64,000 bases of DNA from contig OZ242005.1 of assembly GCA_965204725.1 (NCBI GenBank), positions 1,440,001 to 1,504,000 of the forward strand, written 5' to 3'. The position numbers were made by a program, and so were the translations under genes. The stretch is from Candidatus Latescibacterota bacterium. GTDB taxonomy: Bacteria; Latescibacterota; UBA2968; UBA8231. Below the pieces are notes generated by a model. The model was given only the letters and a program-made list of their open reading frames with translations, ran no database searches and was not told where the DNA came from. Of the stretch, positions 29,109-39,514 are shown piece by piece (within the stretch, counting starts at the first letter, position 1; each line of letters starts with the position of its first letter).

Positions 29109-31457
29109 TCACCGGCTCGGCGTCAACTCTGCTTCCCAGAGGGTGCGGTTGTCTGCGGAAATCCACTGGCCGATATAGATGCGGTCGATGGCATAGGCGG
29201 GGAGTGGGATGATTGCCATACACTGGTCGTCGATTCGCTCGCCGTACCGGTCGAAATAGAAGTCGCGATTTTCCGAGCCGTACGGCTGGCGGTCGGCTGG
29301 CAGGTCGGTCGGGTCGGCCGGGACGACGTGGAAAACGAACTTCGCCTGCGTGTCGGCGGGGGCACACGGCTCTTTGTGGTAAATCAGCTTGCGTCCGGTG
29401 CGGTACACGTTCCAACCGGCGCGGACCACCGGATCGTCGGCCTGTTGGATGAGTTGCTCTACGTAGCGTTGCTGCTGGGCGCGATGCCTTTTCACTTCGG
29501 CGGGGTTGGCCGGCAACTCCGCTTTCCATACGGTGCGTTCCTCTGCGGGAATCCACTGGCCGACATGGATGCGGCGGATGGCATAGGTGGGGAGCGGGAG
29601 GATCACCACACACTGGTCGCCGAGCCAAGAGCCGCGCCAGTCAAAATGGAAGTCGAGATTCTCCGAGCCGTACGGTTGGCGACGGACTGGCAGGTCGGTC
29701 GGGTCGATGGGGACGATGTGCAAGATGGACGTCGCCTGTATGTCGGCGGGGGCACAGGGATCTTTGAAGTAGATCAGCTTGCGTCCTTTGCGGTACACGC
29801 CCCAGCCGGCGCGGCCGACCTGATCGTCGGCCTGTTGGATGAGTTGCTTTACATAGCGTTCTCGCTGGGCGCGATGCCTTTTCGCATCGGAGGGTGCGGC
29901 GGTCGTGCGGCGTAACACAACGCCGTCGGCCAGTTCGGCCACGACTTCCACGCCGGGCAGGACGCGGAGGTCCGTGTTGTCGTAGCCGTGCAGGTCGCGT
30001 CTATGGTCATAGGACCAAACGATATGCGATCCGGCCTCGATCTCGGTCCACCACCGCGTGCGCGGGATATGGCGGTGCTTTCCTGGGGTGGCGGTCCAAT
30101 CCCAAAACCAAGTAAGATGTTTGCTGTAGTTGGTGTAAATCCTGCCCTCGATCTGATTGTCCCGGAGGTAGTTCAGGGTCTCGAACTGTTCCCAATAGGA
30201 GGTGTTGTAATTGTAGGCATGGTAGTATCCGGCTACATAAGCTCGGGCGGTAAGACGGAGGTTTCTGTCCGCTGAGAATCCGACGTGGACAAGGGTGGCG
30301 AGCACGACGAGGGCCGCCAACCCGTAGCGGACGGCCAGCCTCCAGCCCGCTGTCTTGCTGGACAGGAACCGGTCGAGCAGCAACGCGGCCGTCAATAGCA
30401 ACGGCACGTATATCGGCAGCAGGTAGCGGCCGTCGATGGTCTGACCAACCGTGAAGGGCACGACCGCGACCATGAATACGGGGTAGATCCCGGTGAACAC
30501 CCCGAATGGGAGAGCCGGCCCCAACCCAAACGCCAGCGACTTCCCGTCCGTGCCTACGCCGCGACCAGCCCGAACGACGACCGCCCCTGCTGCCCAAACG
30601 ACCAGTCCGGCCACCGGCCACAGCAGATAACCAAACCCGTCTGGCGTACTCGGGGGGACGATCCACGCGCGGAACACCTCGACGATCTGGTGCAGCCCAT
30701 CGGAGAAGGACTGCCCCGAACGATTTGTTCGGTCCCCTGTTGCCAAGTCTAGGTTCCTGGTGGCCGCCCAATTTCGCGCCAATACCGCGAGCAAGGGCAC
30801 AGACGAGATCGCGCCAAAGACGAGCGTGTGCTTCAGCCGAGCGAGGGACACTAGGAGCAGGACGCCGGTGCAGATCAAGGCTACGCCCGGATAGCGGGTT
30901 ATCGCGGCCAGCGCGGTGCAAACCGCCGCCCACCACAGGGACGCATTCGTCCGCCGGTTGAGGAAGTCCGCCAACTGCATCAAGGCGAGGAGCGCGAACA
31001 GGACGAACAGGGAATCGGTCCTGCATAGGGCCGCCTCATGGCTCAAGGGCAGGGAGGCTGAGATGGTCGCGGTGGTGGCTAGCACCAGCCACTGTGACCG
31101 GAGATTGGAGCGCAACCAGCACCCGGCGGCGAGGATGGTCAGCCCGAAGGCGGTGGCGTTGACCCACCGCCCTGCCTCCAGCAGATCGATGCCGACCCAA
31201 CCGCCGGCCGCCAGCAATAGGGGGAACAAGGGCGGCCATAAGGTCAGCGGTTCGCCCGTGAAATCCCGCCAACCCTCTCCGGCGAGGAAGTTTAGGGCCG
31301 TAGAAAGCGAAGCGATGGCGTCTATGTGGACCGAGGGGCCGTAAGTGGCGGTGCGGACGAGGATGTTCGCGGTACCCAGCCCGGCGATAAGGACGATGAG
31401 CAGGGTGGTGCGGTCGCGCCCGAACCGGGCGATCTTCTCGGTGGCGGAGTGTTTCAT
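29109..31457 (-). CDS. array copy 8, two C-terminal domains
   Basis: 782 aa; loop SVHIDAIAS. Confidence 0.85.
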   Translation of the reverse strand: MKHSATEKIARFGRDRTTLLIVLIAGLGTANILVRTATYGPSVHIDAIASLSTALNFLAGEGWRDFTGEPLTLWPPLFPLLLAAGGWVGIDLLEAGRWVNATAFGLTILAAGCWLRSNLRSQWLVLATTATISASLPLSHEAALCRTDSLFVLFALLALMQLADFLNRRTNASLWWAAVCTALAAITRYPGVALICTGVLLLVSLARLKHTLVFGAISSVPLLAVLARNWAATRNLDLATGDRTNRSGQSFSDGLHQIVEVFRAWIVPPSTPDGFGYLLWPVAGLVVWAAGAVVVRAGRGVGTDGKSLAFGLGPALPFGVFTGIYPVFMVAVVPFTVGQTIDGRYLLPIYVPLLLTAALLLDRFLSSKTAGWRLAVRYGLAALVVLATLVHVGFSADRNLRLTARAYVAGYYHAYNYNTSYWEQFETLNYLRDNQIEGRIYTNYSKHLTWFWDWTATPGKHRHIPRTRWWTEIEAGSHIVWSYDHRRDLHGYDNTDLRVLPGVEVVAELADGVVLRRTTAAPSDAKRHRAQRERYVKQLIQQADDQVGRAGWGVYRKGRKLIYFKDPCAPADIQATSILHIVPIDPTDLPVRRQPYGSENLDFHFDWRGSWLGDQCVVILPLPTYAIRRIHVGQWIPAEERTVWKAELPANPAEVKRHRAQQQRYVEQLIQQADDPVVRAGWNVYRTGRKLIYHKEPCAPADTQAKFVFHVVPADPTDLPADRQPYGSENRDFYFDRYGERIDDQCMAIIPLPAYAIDRIYIGQWISADNRTLWEAELTPSR

Positions 31458-31481
31458 TTCAAATCATTTAGGATTGCTATA

Positions 31482-33443
31482 TCACCGGCTCGGCGTCAAC
31501 TCCGCTTCCCAGAGGGTGCGGTTCTCTGCGGAAATCCACTGGCCGATATGGATGCGGTCCATGGCGTAGTTGGGGAGACGGACGATCGCCACACATTGGT
31601 CGCCGAGATAGGAGCCGTACCAGTCGAAATGGAAGTCGAGATTTTCAGAACCGTACCGTTGGCGGTCGGCCCGCAGGTTCGCCAAGTCGGTGGGGACGAC
31701 GTGTAGAACGAACTTCGCCTGCACATCGGCAGGGGCACACGGCTCTTTGCGGTAAATCAGCTTGCGTCCCGTGCGGTACACGTTCCAGCCGGCGCGAACC
31801 ACTCGCTCGTCGGCCTGTTGGATGAGTTGCTGCACGTAGCGTTGCTTCCGGGCGCGATGCCTTTTTCCGTCGAAGGGTCCGTACGCTGTGCGGCGGAGTA
31901 CGACGCCATCGGCCAGTTCGGCCACGATTTCCATGCCGGGCAGGGCACAGAGGTCCGTGACGTCGTAGCCGTAAATATCTCGTCTATAAAACTCCCCGAA
32001 CTTTCCTAGCCAAAAGATATGCGCCCCGGTCTCGACCTCGGTCCACCCCATCGCACGCGGGATATTGCGGTGCTTTCCCAACTTTTCTGGGGCGGCGGTC
32101 CGATCCGCAAACCAAGTGAGGTCTCTGTATTCGTTGCTGTAAACCCTGCCCTCAATGCGATTGTTCCGAAGGTAATTCAGGGTCTCGGAATGTTGCCAAC
32201 GGGCGGCGTGGTGAAAATGAGCACGGAATCCGATAGCATAAGCTGTGGCGGTAAGACGGAGGTTTTTTTGCGCAGAGAAGCCGATGTGGGTGAGAGCCCC
32301 CAGCACGACGAGGGACGCCAACCCGTAGCGGACGGCCACCATCCGGCCCGAAGCCTTGATCGACAGGGACCGATCCAGCAGCAACGCCGCCACCAACAGC
32401 AGCGGCACGTATATCGGCATCAGGTAGCGGCTGTCGATGCCCTGCCTAACCGTAAAGGGCACGGTGGCGACCATGAATGCGAGGTAGATCCCGGTGAACG
32501 CCCCGAATGGGAGAGCCGGCCCCAAGGCGTCTGGGTCCGGCCGACGACTGGTGCGCAGAATGACCTCGGCGCTGGCGAGGACGACCGCGGCGACCGCCAG
32601 CCACAGCAGATATGCAAACCCGTCTGGCGTGTGCCGGGGGACGAGCCATTCGTGGAACACCTCGACGATCTGGCGCAGCCCATCGGATAGGGACTGCCCC
32701 GTAGGTTCTGTTCTGTGCCCTGCTGCCCGGGTCAGGTGCCCGGTGGCCGCCCAATTCCGCACCAAGACCGCCAGCAAGGGCAGGGACGAGACCGCGCCAA
32801 AGACGAGAGTCTGCCTTAGCCGGGCGCGGGGCAACAGCAGCAGAAGGACGCCGGTGCCGATTAGCACCACGCCCGGATAGCGGGTTATCGCGGCCAGCCC
32901 GGTAAAAATCGCCGCCCACCACAGGGGCGCGGCCGTCCTTTGGTTTAGGAAGGACGCCAACTGCATCAAGGCGAGGAGCGTAAACAGGAAGAAGAGGGTC
33001 TCGGTCTGGAGGGAGGACGCCCAATAGCTCAAGGGCAGGGAGACCGCGATGATCGCGGTGGCGGCCAGCGTCAGCCTCTGCGACCTAAGATGCGAGCGCA
33101 GCCAGCACCCGGCGGCGAGGATGGTCAGCCCGAAGGCCGCGGCGTGGACCCACCGAGTCGTCGCCAGCGGATCGATGCCGACCCAACTGCTGGCCGCCAG
33201 CAACAGGGGGATCAAGGGCGGCCACATCGTCAGCGGTTCGCCCTTGAAATCCCGCCAGCCCTCTCCGGCGAGGAAGTTTAGGGCCGTAGAAAGGTAAATG
33301 ACGGAGTCTGTGCCGACCGCGACGCCGTAGGTGGCGGTGCGGACGAGGATGTGGGCGGTGCCCAGCCCGGCGATAAGGGCGATGACAAGCAGGGTGGGGC
33401 GGTCGCGCCAGAATTGGGCGAGCCACTCGAACAAGGAATTCAT
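31482..33443 (-). CDS. array copy 9
   Basis: 653 aa; loop AVGTDSVIY. Confidence 0.85.
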   Translation of the reverse strand: MNSLFEWLAQFWRDRPTLLVIALIAGLGTAHILVRTATYGVAVGTDSVIYLSTALNFLAGEGWRDFKGEPLTMWPPLIPLLLAASSWVGIDPLATTRWVHAAAFGLTILAAGCWLRSHLRSQRLTLAATAIIAVSLPLSYWASSLQTETLFFLFTLLALMQLASFLNQRTAAPLWWAAIFTGLAAITRYPGVVLIGTGVLLLLLPRARLRQTLVFGAVSSLPLLAVLVRNWAATGHLTRAAGHRTEPTGQSLSDGLRQIVEVFHEWLVPRHTPDGFAYLLWLAVAAVVLASAEVILRTSRRPDPDALGPALPFGAFTGIYLAFMVATVPFTVRQGIDSRYLMPIYVPLLLVAALLLDRSLSIKASGRMVAVRYGLASLVVLGALTHIGFSAQKNLRLTATAYAIGFRAHFHHAARWQHSETLNYLRNNRIEGRVYSNEYRDLTWFADRTAAPEKLGKHRNIPRAMGWTEVETGAHIFWLGKFGEFYRRDIYGYDVTDLCALPGMEIVAELADGVVLRRTAYGPFDGKRHRARKQRYVQQLIQQADERVVRAGWNVYRTGRKLIYRKEPCAPADVQAKFVLHVVPTDLANLRADRQRYGSENLDFHFDWYGSYLGDQCVAIVRLPNYAMDRIHIGQWISAENRTLWEAELTPSR

Positions 33444-33456
33444 AGGATGGCCTGTA

Positions 33457-35445
33457 TCATCGGCTCGGCGAAAACTCCGCTTCCCAGAGGGTGCGGTCCT
33501 CTTCAGAAATCCACTGGCCGATATGGATGCGGCGAATGGCGTAGGGGGGGAGCCGGATGATTGCCATACACTGGTCGCCGACCCGCTCGCCGCGCCAGTA
33601 AAAATAGAAGTCGAGATTATCCGAATCGTACTGTTGACGGTCGGCTCGCAGGTCGGCTGGGTCGGTGGGGACGACGTGCAAGATGAACTTTGCCTGCACG
33701 TCCGCAGGAGTACACGGCTCTTTGAGATAGGTCAGCCTGCGTCCGGTGCGGTACACGTTCCAGCCAGCGCGAACCACTTGCTCGTCGGCCTGTTGGATGA
33801 GTTGGTTCATGTAGCGTTGTTTGCGGGCGCGATGCTTTTTCGCATCGAAGGGTTCGACCGCCGTGCGGCGGAGGACGAAGCCGTCGGCCAGTTCGGCCAC
33901 GACTTCCACGCCGGACAGGACGCGGATGTCCGTGTCGTCGTGGGTGCGAAACGCTCGATTATAGAATCGATCAAACCAAACGATATGCGCTCCGGCCTCC
34001 ATGTTGGGCCACCGCATCTTCCCCGGGATACTTCGGTGCTTGCCCGGGTCGGCGGCTCGCTTGGCGACCCAAGAAAGCTCTCTGTTGTTGCTGTAAATGC
34101 TGCTGTCGATGTGGTTGTCCCGCAAGTAGTTCAGGGTCACGGACTGTTGCCAGTAGGCGGTGTTGTACATCCAGTCTTTTTCGTATCCGGCGATGTATGC
34201 TTTGGCGGTGATACGGAGGTTTTTTCGCGCTGAGAAGCCGACGTGGGCGAGGGTGGCGAGCACGACGAGGGCCGCTAGTCCGTAGCGGACAGCCCCCATC
34301 CAGCCCGTCGCCTTGAAGGACAGGAATCGGTCCAGCAAGAACACGGCCGTCAACAGCAGCGGCACGTATATCGGCAGCAGGTAGCGGCTATCGACTTCCG
34401 GGTTAGTCGTGAGGGGCATGACGACGATGAGGAATACGAGGTAGAGCACGGCGAATGCCCCGAAAGGGAGAACCGGCCCCAACCCAAAGGATGGCGGCGC
34501 GGCCTCTGGGTCCGACCGACGACCGGCGCGGAAGATGACCACGGCACTGGCGAGGACGACCGCGGCGACCGCCATCCCTAGCAGATACGCAACCCCGTCT
34601 GGCGTGTTCGGGGGGACGATGCTCTCACGGAACACCTCGACGGTCTGGCGCAGCCCAGCGGCTAGGGACTGACCCGAGGACTCTGTTCTGTCCCCTGTCA
34701 CCCGGGTCAGGTTCCCGGTGGCCACCCAATTCCGCGCCAACACCGCCAGTAGGGGCACGGACGAGATCGCGCCAAAGATGAGGGTCTGCTTCAGCCGGGC
34801 GGTGAGCAGCAGGATGAGGACGCTAGTGCCGATCAATGCCACGCCCTCATAGCGGGTTATCGCGGTCAGCGCGGTGAAAATCGCCGCCCACCACAGGGGC
34901 GCGGCTGTCCTCCGGCTGAGGAAGGACGCCAACTGGATCAAGGCGAGGACCGTAAGCAGGGTGAACAGGGGATTGGTTTCGAGGTGGGCCGCCCACCTGT
35001 TCAAGGGCAACGAGGCCGTGAGGGCCGCGGTGGCCGCCAGTGCCAGCCAGCGCGACCGGAGATTGGAGCGCAGATAGCAGCCGGCGGCGAGGATGGTCAG
35101 CCCAAAGGCGGTGGCGTTGATCAACCGACCCGCGGCGACCGGCTCGATGCCGACCCAACCGCCGACCGCCATCAGTAGGGGGAACAAGGGCGGCCATGCC
35201 GTCATCGGGTTGCCCGTGAAATGCCGCCAGCCCTCTCCGGCGAGGAAGTTTGTGGCCGTAGAAAGGAGAATGACGGAGCCCGTGCCGACGGCCGCGCCGT
35301 AGGTGGCGGTGCGGACGAGAACGTGCGCGGTGCCCAGCCCGGCGAGGACGACGATGAGCAGGGTGGTGCGGTCACGCCAGAATTGGGCGATCCACTCGCT
35401 GGCGGAGTGCTTCACCGTAGAAAGGAATTCACTAAAAACAATCAT
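33457..35445 (-). CDS. array copy 10, loop Asp replaced by Gly
   Basis: 662 aa; loop AVGTGSVIL; AAGGAGG upstream. Confidence 0.85.
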   Translation of the reverse strand: MIVFSEFLSTVKHSASEWIAQFWRDRTTLLIVVLAGLGTAHVLVRTATYGAAVGTGSVILLSTATNFLAGEGWRHFTGNPMTAWPPLFPLLMAVGGWVGIEPVAAGRLINATAFGLTILAAGCYLRSNLRSRWLALAATAALTASLPLNRWAAHLETNPLFTLLTVLALIQLASFLSRRTAAPLWWAAIFTALTAITRYEGVALIGTSVLILLLTARLKQTLIFGAISSVPLLAVLARNWVATGNLTRVTGDRTESSGQSLAAGLRQTVEVFRESIVPPNTPDGVAYLLGMAVAAVVLASAVVIFRAGRRSDPEAAPPSFGLGPVLPFGAFAVLYLVFLIVVMPLTTNPEVDSRYLLPIYVPLLLTAVFLLDRFLSFKATGWMGAVRYGLAALVVLATLAHVGFSARKNLRITAKAYIAGYEKDWMYNTAYWQQSVTLNYLRDNHIDSSIYSNNRELSWVAKRAADPGKHRSIPGKMRWPNMEAGAHIVWFDRFYNRAFRTHDDTDIRVLSGVEVVAELADGFVLRRTAVEPFDAKKHRARKQRYMNQLIQQADEQVVRAGWNVYRTGRRLTYLKEPCTPADVQAKFILHVVPTDPADLRADRQQYDSDNLDFYFYWRGERVGDQCMAIIRLPPYAIRRIHIGQWISEEDRTLWEAEFSPSR

Positions 35446-35473
35446 TTACCTCAGCCTCCTTTTTGGGGTAACA

Positions 35474-37432
35474 TCACCGGCTGGCCGAAAACTCCGCTTC
35501 CCATAAGGTACGGTCCTCTTCAGAAATCCACTGGCCGGTATAGATGCGGCGAATGGCGTAGGGGGGGAGTCGGATGATTGCCATACACTGGTTGTCGACC
35601 CGCTCGCCGCGCCAGTAGAAATAGAAGTCGAGATTGTCCGAATCGTACTGTTGGCGGTCGGCTCGCAGGTCGGCTGAGTTGGTGGGGACGACGTGCAAGA
35701 TGAACTTTGCCTGCACATCCTCGGGAGCGCACGGCTCTTTGAGATAGGTCAGCTTGCGTCCGGTGCGGTACACGTTCCAGCCGGCGCGGACGACTTGCTC
35801 GTCGGCCTGTTGGATGAGTTGCTCCGCGTAGCGTTGTTTGCGGGCGCGATGCTTTTTTGCATCGAAGGGTTCGACCGCTGTGCGGCGGAGTACGAGGCCG
35901 TCGGCCAGTTCAGCCACGATTTCCACGCCGGACAGGACGCGGAGGTCCGTGTCGTCGTGGGTGCGAAACGCTCGATTATAGAATCGATCAAACCAAACGA
36001 TATGCGCTCCGGCCTCCATGTTGGACCACCGCATCTCCCCGGGGATACTTCGGTGCTTGCCCGGGTCAGCGGCTCGCTTGGCAAACCACGCAAGCTCTCT
36101 GTTGTTGCTGTAAATCCTGCTGTCGATATGGTTGTCCCGCAGATAGTTCAGGGTTTCGGACTGTTGCCAATAGGCGGTGTTGTACATCCAGTCTTTTTCG
36201 TATCCAGCGATGTATGCTTTGGCGGTGATACGGAGGTTTTTTCGCGCTGAGAAGCCGACGTGGGCGAGGGTGGTCAGCACGACGAGGGATACCAGCCCGT
36301 AGCGGACAGCTCCCATCCAGCCCGTCGCCTTGAAGGACAGGAATCGGTCCAGCAAGAACACGGTCGTCAACAGCAGCGGCACGTATATCGGCAGCAGGTA
36401 GCGGCTATCGACGCCCTGCCTAACCGTGAAGGGCACGACGACGATGAGGAATGCGAGGTAGAGCACGGTGAACGCCCCGAAAGGGAGAACCGGCCCCAAC
36501 CCAAAGGCTGGCGGTGCGGCCTCTGGGTCCGACCGACGACCGGCGCGCAGGATTACCGCGGCACTGGCGAGGACGACCGCGGCGACCGCCAGCCCTAACA
36601 GATACGCAAACCCGTCCGGCGCATTCGGGGGGACGATGCTTTCACGGAACACCTCGACGGTCTGGCGCAGCCCAGCGGCTAGGGACTGCCCCGAGGCGTC
36701 TGTTCTGTGCCCTGTCGCCCGGGTCAGGTCCCCGGTGGCCGCCCAATTCCGCACCAATACCGCCAGCAAGGGCACGGACGAGACCGCGCCAAAGACGAGG
36801 ATATACCTTAGCCGAGCGAGGGGCAGCAGTAGCAGGACGGCGGCGGCGATCAGCACCACGCCCGGATAGCGGGTTATCGCGGCCAGCGCGGTGAAAACCG
36901 CCGCCCACCACAAAGGCGAGGCCGTCCGCCGGCTGAGGAAGGATGCCAACTGGATCAAGGCGAGGAGCGTCAACAGGACGAAGAGGAGCTCGGCCTTGAA
37001 ATGGGACCCCCAATGGCTCAAGGACAGGGAGGCCGCGATGGGCGCGGTGGCGACTAGCACCAGCCACCGCGCCTGGAGATGCGAGCGAAGCCAACACCCG
37101 GCAGCGAGGATGGTCAGCCCAAAGGACGCGGCGTTGATCCACCGACCCGTGGCTACTGGATCGATGCCGACCCAACCGCCGGCCGCCAGCAACAGGGGGA
37201 ACAAGGGCGGCCATAATATCAGTGGGCTGCCCGTGAAATGCTGCCAGCCCTCTCCGGCGAGGAAGTTTGTGGCTGTAGAAAGGAAAAGGACGGAGTCCGT
37301 GGTGACGGCCGCGCCGTAGGTGGCGGTGCGGGCGAGGATGTGGGCGGTGCCCAGCCCGGCGATAAAGACGATGAGCAGCGCGAAGGGGTCGCGCCCGAGC
37401 CGGACGATCTTCTCAAATGCGGAGTGCTTCAT
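35474..37432 (-). CDS. array copy 11
   Basis: 652 aa; loop AVTTDSVLF; C-terminal half nearly the same as copy 10. Confidence 0.85.
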   Translation of the reverse strand: MKHSAFEKIVRLGRDPFALLIVFIAGLGTAHILARTATYGAAVTTDSVLFLSTATNFLAGEGWQHFTGSPLILWPPLFPLLLAAGGWVGIDPVATGRWINAASFGLTILAAGCWLRSHLQARWLVLVATAPIAASLSLSHWGSHFKAELLFVLLTLLALIQLASFLSRRTASPLWWAAVFTALAAITRYPGVVLIAAAVLLLLPLARLRYILVFGAVSSVPLLAVLVRNWAATGDLTRATGHRTDASGQSLAAGLRQTVEVFRESIVPPNAPDGFAYLLGLAVAAVVLASAAVILRAGRRSDPEAAPPAFGLGPVLPFGAFTVLYLAFLIVVVPFTVRQGVDSRYLLPIYVPLLLTTVFLLDRFLSFKATGWMGAVRYGLVSLVVLTTLAHVGFSARKNLRITAKAYIAGYEKDWMYNTAYWQQSETLNYLRDNHIDSRIYSNNRELAWFAKRAADPGKHRSIPGEMRWSNMEAGAHIVWFDRFYNRAFRTHDDTDLRVLSGVEIVAELADGLVLRRTAVEPFDAKKHRARKQRYAEQLIQQADEQVVRAGWNVYRTGRKLTYLKEPCAPEDVQAKFILHVVPTNSADLRADRQQYDSDNLDFYFYWRGERVDNQCMAIIRLPPYAIRRIYTGQWISEEDRTLWEAEFSASR

Positions 37433-37456
37433 TTCAAGTCATGTAGGATTGCTATA

Positions 37457-39463
37457 TCACCGGCTCGGCGTCAACTCCGCTTCCCAGAGGGTGCGGTTCT
37501 CTGCGGAAATCCACTGGCCGATATGGATGCGGTCTATGGCGTAGGCGGGGAGGCGGACGATTGCCACGCACTGGTCGCCGAGATAGGAGCCGCGCCAGTC
37601 GAAGTAGAAGTCGAGATTTTCAGAACCGTACTGTTGGCGGTTCGCTGGCAGGTCGGCCAAGTCGGTAGGGACGACGTGCAGAACGAATTTCGCTTGGACG
37701 TCCGCGGGGACGCACGGCTCTTTGAAATAGATCAGCTCGTGTGTCGTGCGGTACACGTTCCAGCCGGCGCGGACTACCCGCTCGTCGGCTTGTTGGATGA
37801 GTTGCTGCACATAGCGTTGTTTCCGAGCGTGATGTCTTTTCCCATCGAAGGGTTCGGCTGCTGTGCGGCGGAACACGACGCCGTCGGCTAGGTCGGCCAA
37901 GGTTTCCATGCCGGACAGGGCGCGGAGGTCGAGGTCGTCGTAGCCGTAAAAACCTCGATAATGGAACGCCCGGAACCAAAGAATATGCGCCCCGGCCTCG
38001 ATCTCGGTCCACCTCGTCGTCTCCGGGATATTGCGGTGCTTTCCCGGGGCGGCGGTCCGCTCCCAAAACCAAGTAAGGTCTTTGTAGAAGTTGCTGTAAA
38101 TCGTGCCCTCTATGCGGTTGTCCCGCAGGTAGTTCAGGGTCTCGGATTGTTGCCAACGGGCGGTGTTGTAAGCGTGGGACGGGAATCCGGTGGCATAAGC
38201 TCGGGTGGTAAGACGGAGGTTCCTGTGTACGGAGAAGCATAAGTGGGCGAGGGTGGCGAGCAAGACGAGGGGCACCAGCCCGTAGCGTCCGGCCCCCGTC
38301 CGGCCCGCTGCCTCAATGGATAGGAACCGATCCAGCAGGAACACGGCCGTCAATAGCAGCGGCACGTATATCGGCAACAGGTAGCGGCCGTCGATGATCT
38401 GAGTAACCGTGAAGGGCACGACGACGATGAGGAATGCGGGATAGCTCAAGGCGAACACTCCGAACGGGAGCGCCGGCCCCAAGCGGAGATAGGCCGGGGC
38501 GGCCTCTGGGTCCGACCGACGACCGCGCAGGATGACCACCGCGCTGGCGAGGACGACCGCGGCGACCGCCAGCCACAGCAGATACGCAAACCCATCCGGC
38601 ATGTTCCGGGGGACGATATACTCGCGGAACGCCTCCACGGTCTGGCGTAGCCCATCGGCGAGGGACTGCCCCGAAGGATCTAGTATGTCCCCGGCGAAGG
38701 ACTGGTCCGTAGGCGTTCTGTCGCCTGTTGCCCGGGTCAGGTTTCCGGTGGCCGCCCAATTCCGCACCAGCACCGCCAGCAAGGGCACAGACGAAATCGC
38801 GCCAAAGACGAGGGTATGCCTTAGCCGAGCGAGAAGCAGTAGTAGCAGGACGCCGACGCCGATCAACACCACGCCCGGATAGCGGGTTATCGCGGCCAGC
38901 GCGGTGAAAACCGCCGCCCACAACAGGGGGGGCCAAGCCGTCCGCCGGTTGAGGAAGGTCGCCAACTGGATCAAGGCGAGGAGCGCGAACAGGATGAAGA
39001 GGGGGTCGGTTCGGATGCGGGGTGCCCAATGGCTCAAGGGCAGGGAGGTCGCGAGGAGCGCGGTCGCGGCCAGCACCAGCCACTGCGACCTAAGATGCGA
39101 GCGCAGCCAGCACCCGGCGGCGAGGATGGTCAGCCCAAAGGCGGTGGCGTTGACCCATCGACCCGTCGCCAGCGGATCGATGCCGACCCAACTGCTGGCC
39201 GCCAGCAACAGGGGGAACAAGGGCGGCCATAAGGTCAGCGGCCTGCCTATGAAATCCCGCCAGCCCTCTCCGGCGAGGAAGTTCAGGGCCGTAGAGAGGA
39301 AAAACGTGGAGTCTCTGTCTATCCCCGCACCGTAGGTAGCGGTGCGGACGAGGATGTGTGCGGTGCCCAGCCCGGCGAGGACGACGATGAGCAGGGTGGT
39401 GTGGTCGCGCCCGAACCGGGCGAGCCGCTTCACCGCAGAAAGGAATTCATTAAAACCAATCAT
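37457..39463 (-). CDS. array copy 12
   Basis: 668 aa; loop GIDRDSTFF. Confidence 0.85.
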   Translation of the reverse strand: MIGFNEFLSAVKRLARFGRDHTTLLIVVLAGLGTAHILVRTATYGAGIDRDSTFFLSTALNFLAGEGWRDFIGRPLTLWPPLFPLLLAASSWVGIDPLATGRWVNATAFGLTILAAGCWLRSHLRSQWLVLAATALLATSLPLSHWAPRIRTDPLFILFALLALIQLATFLNRRTAWPPLLWAAVFTALAAITRYPGVVLIGVGVLLLLLLARLRHTLVFGAISSVPLLAVLVRNWAATGNLTRATGDRTPTDQSFAGDILDPSGQSLADGLRQTVEAFREYIVPRNMPDGFAYLLWLAVAAVVLASAVVILRGRRSDPEAAPAYLRLGPALPFGVFALSYPAFLIVVVPFTVTQIIDGRYLLPIYVPLLLTAVFLLDRFLSIEAAGRTGAGRYGLVPLVLLATLAHLCFSVHRNLRLTTRAYATGFPSHAYNTARWQQSETLNYLRDNRIEGTIYSNFYKDLTWFWERTAAPGKHRNIPETTRWTEIEAGAHILWFRAFHYRGFYGYDDLDLRALSGMETLADLADGVVFRRTAAEPFDGKRHHARKQRYVQQLIQQADERVVRAGWNVYRTTHELIYFKEPCVPADVQAKFVLHVVPTDLADLPANRQQYGSENLDFYFDWRGSYLGDQCVAIVRLPAYAIDRIHIGQWISAENRTLWEAELTPSR

Positions 39464-39514
39464 TTACGTCGGCATTCTTTTGCGAGTTTCCAACGGACGT
39501 TCGGGCGTCCGGCA

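Noticed and set aside
15812-37456. 24-bp repeats as a CRISPR array
   Set aside because: The repeats are separated by whole genes of 2 kb or more, and there are no cas genes.
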